A stretch of DNA of 35,047 bases from a virus (lineage: Duplodnaviria; Caudoviricetes). This document shows positions 34,703 to 35,047 of this stretch, one piece after another; the stretch's first letter is position 1, and every line of letters starts with the position of its first letter. The stretch lies in IMG/VR virus record IMGVR_UViG_3300048848_000238, positions 1 through 35,047 of that record; one strand, 5' to 3'. The notes under the pieces are model-generated. The model was given only the letters and a program-made list of their open reading frames with translations. It was not told where the DNA came from and made no database searches. The position numbers were made by a program, and so were the translations under genes.

Positions 34703-35047
34703 TTACTTACCGCACAGCGCCTGAGCGCGATCAACAATAGGCTGCAAGCTCATCATGTTGCCTGGATTGGCTTTATCTTCGGTTTGAATCACGCTGATGG
34801 GTTGGGCTTTCACCTGCCCCGCTTTGAATTGTGCATCGGCAAGATCGTTAAGCGGATACTGCATCAGAGTGCTGGGGTTAATGGCGAAAAGCGAGCCATT
34901 TTTCTCACAGGTCAACATCACTTCTTCGCGGTTAAAGGGCCACTTATCTTTGCCGATCTCAAAGCGGCTAACGGTAATGATTTGAGCCGCCAGCGCCTGG
35001 CCGCAGATAGAGAACAACAGGATTGCGGGAATCACTTTCTTCAACAA
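34703..35047 (-). CDS. yebY: YebY family periplasmic protein (host; start at the window edge)
   Basis: Signal peptide; [22 protein letters not shown] and INPSTL.QYPLN motifs. Confidence 0.88.
   Translation of the reverse strand: MLKKVIPAILLFSICGQALAAQIITVSRFEIGKDKWPFNREEVMLTCEKNGSLFAINPSTLMQYPLNDLADAQFKAGQVKAQPISVIQTEDKANPGNMMSLQPIVDRAQALCGK

Noticed and set aside
1-35047. Retron, DGR, toxin-antitoxin, restriction-modification or CRISPR systems
   Set aside because: No reverse transcriptase, methylase, cas or recognisable TA motifs in any listed ORF

Overview
This window holds about 34.4 kb of a lambdoid (long-tailed, siphovirus-like) prophage in an Enterobacterales chromosome, plus about 0.6 kb of host DNA at the right end. 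On the minus strand, reading right to left, are cro-cII, O with origin iterons, an HNH nuclease, a primase-helicase, the nin region, rusA, Q, pR', an expanded lysis cassette, rha, terminase, portal, head and head-tail genes, tail tube and the G/GT tail chaperone, which runs off the left edge. On the plus strand are cI, pL-nutL-N, accessory ORFs, cIII, kil, erf, ssb, ea-type genes, a HolE (Pol III theta) homologue, a TraR-like gene, xis and int. The phage appears integrated at the 3' terminator hairpin of the SdsR/RyeB sRNA next to yebY. The lambda regulatory circuit is readable in the sequence: operators, pR/pL, nutL/nutR, three CII boxes at pRE/paQ/pI, oop and pR'. The most unusual elements are (i) a large structured RNA element at the rha start with two loop-target pairings, resembling C4/CI RNAs; (ii) a 56-triplet collagen protein with a lectin-like tip encoded directly after the major capsid gene; (iii) four free-standing HNH-type genes; and (iv) phage copies of host replication/transcription modulators. 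All calls come from reading motifs and synteny by eye. No database searches were run, and I cannot establish that any element is undescribed.
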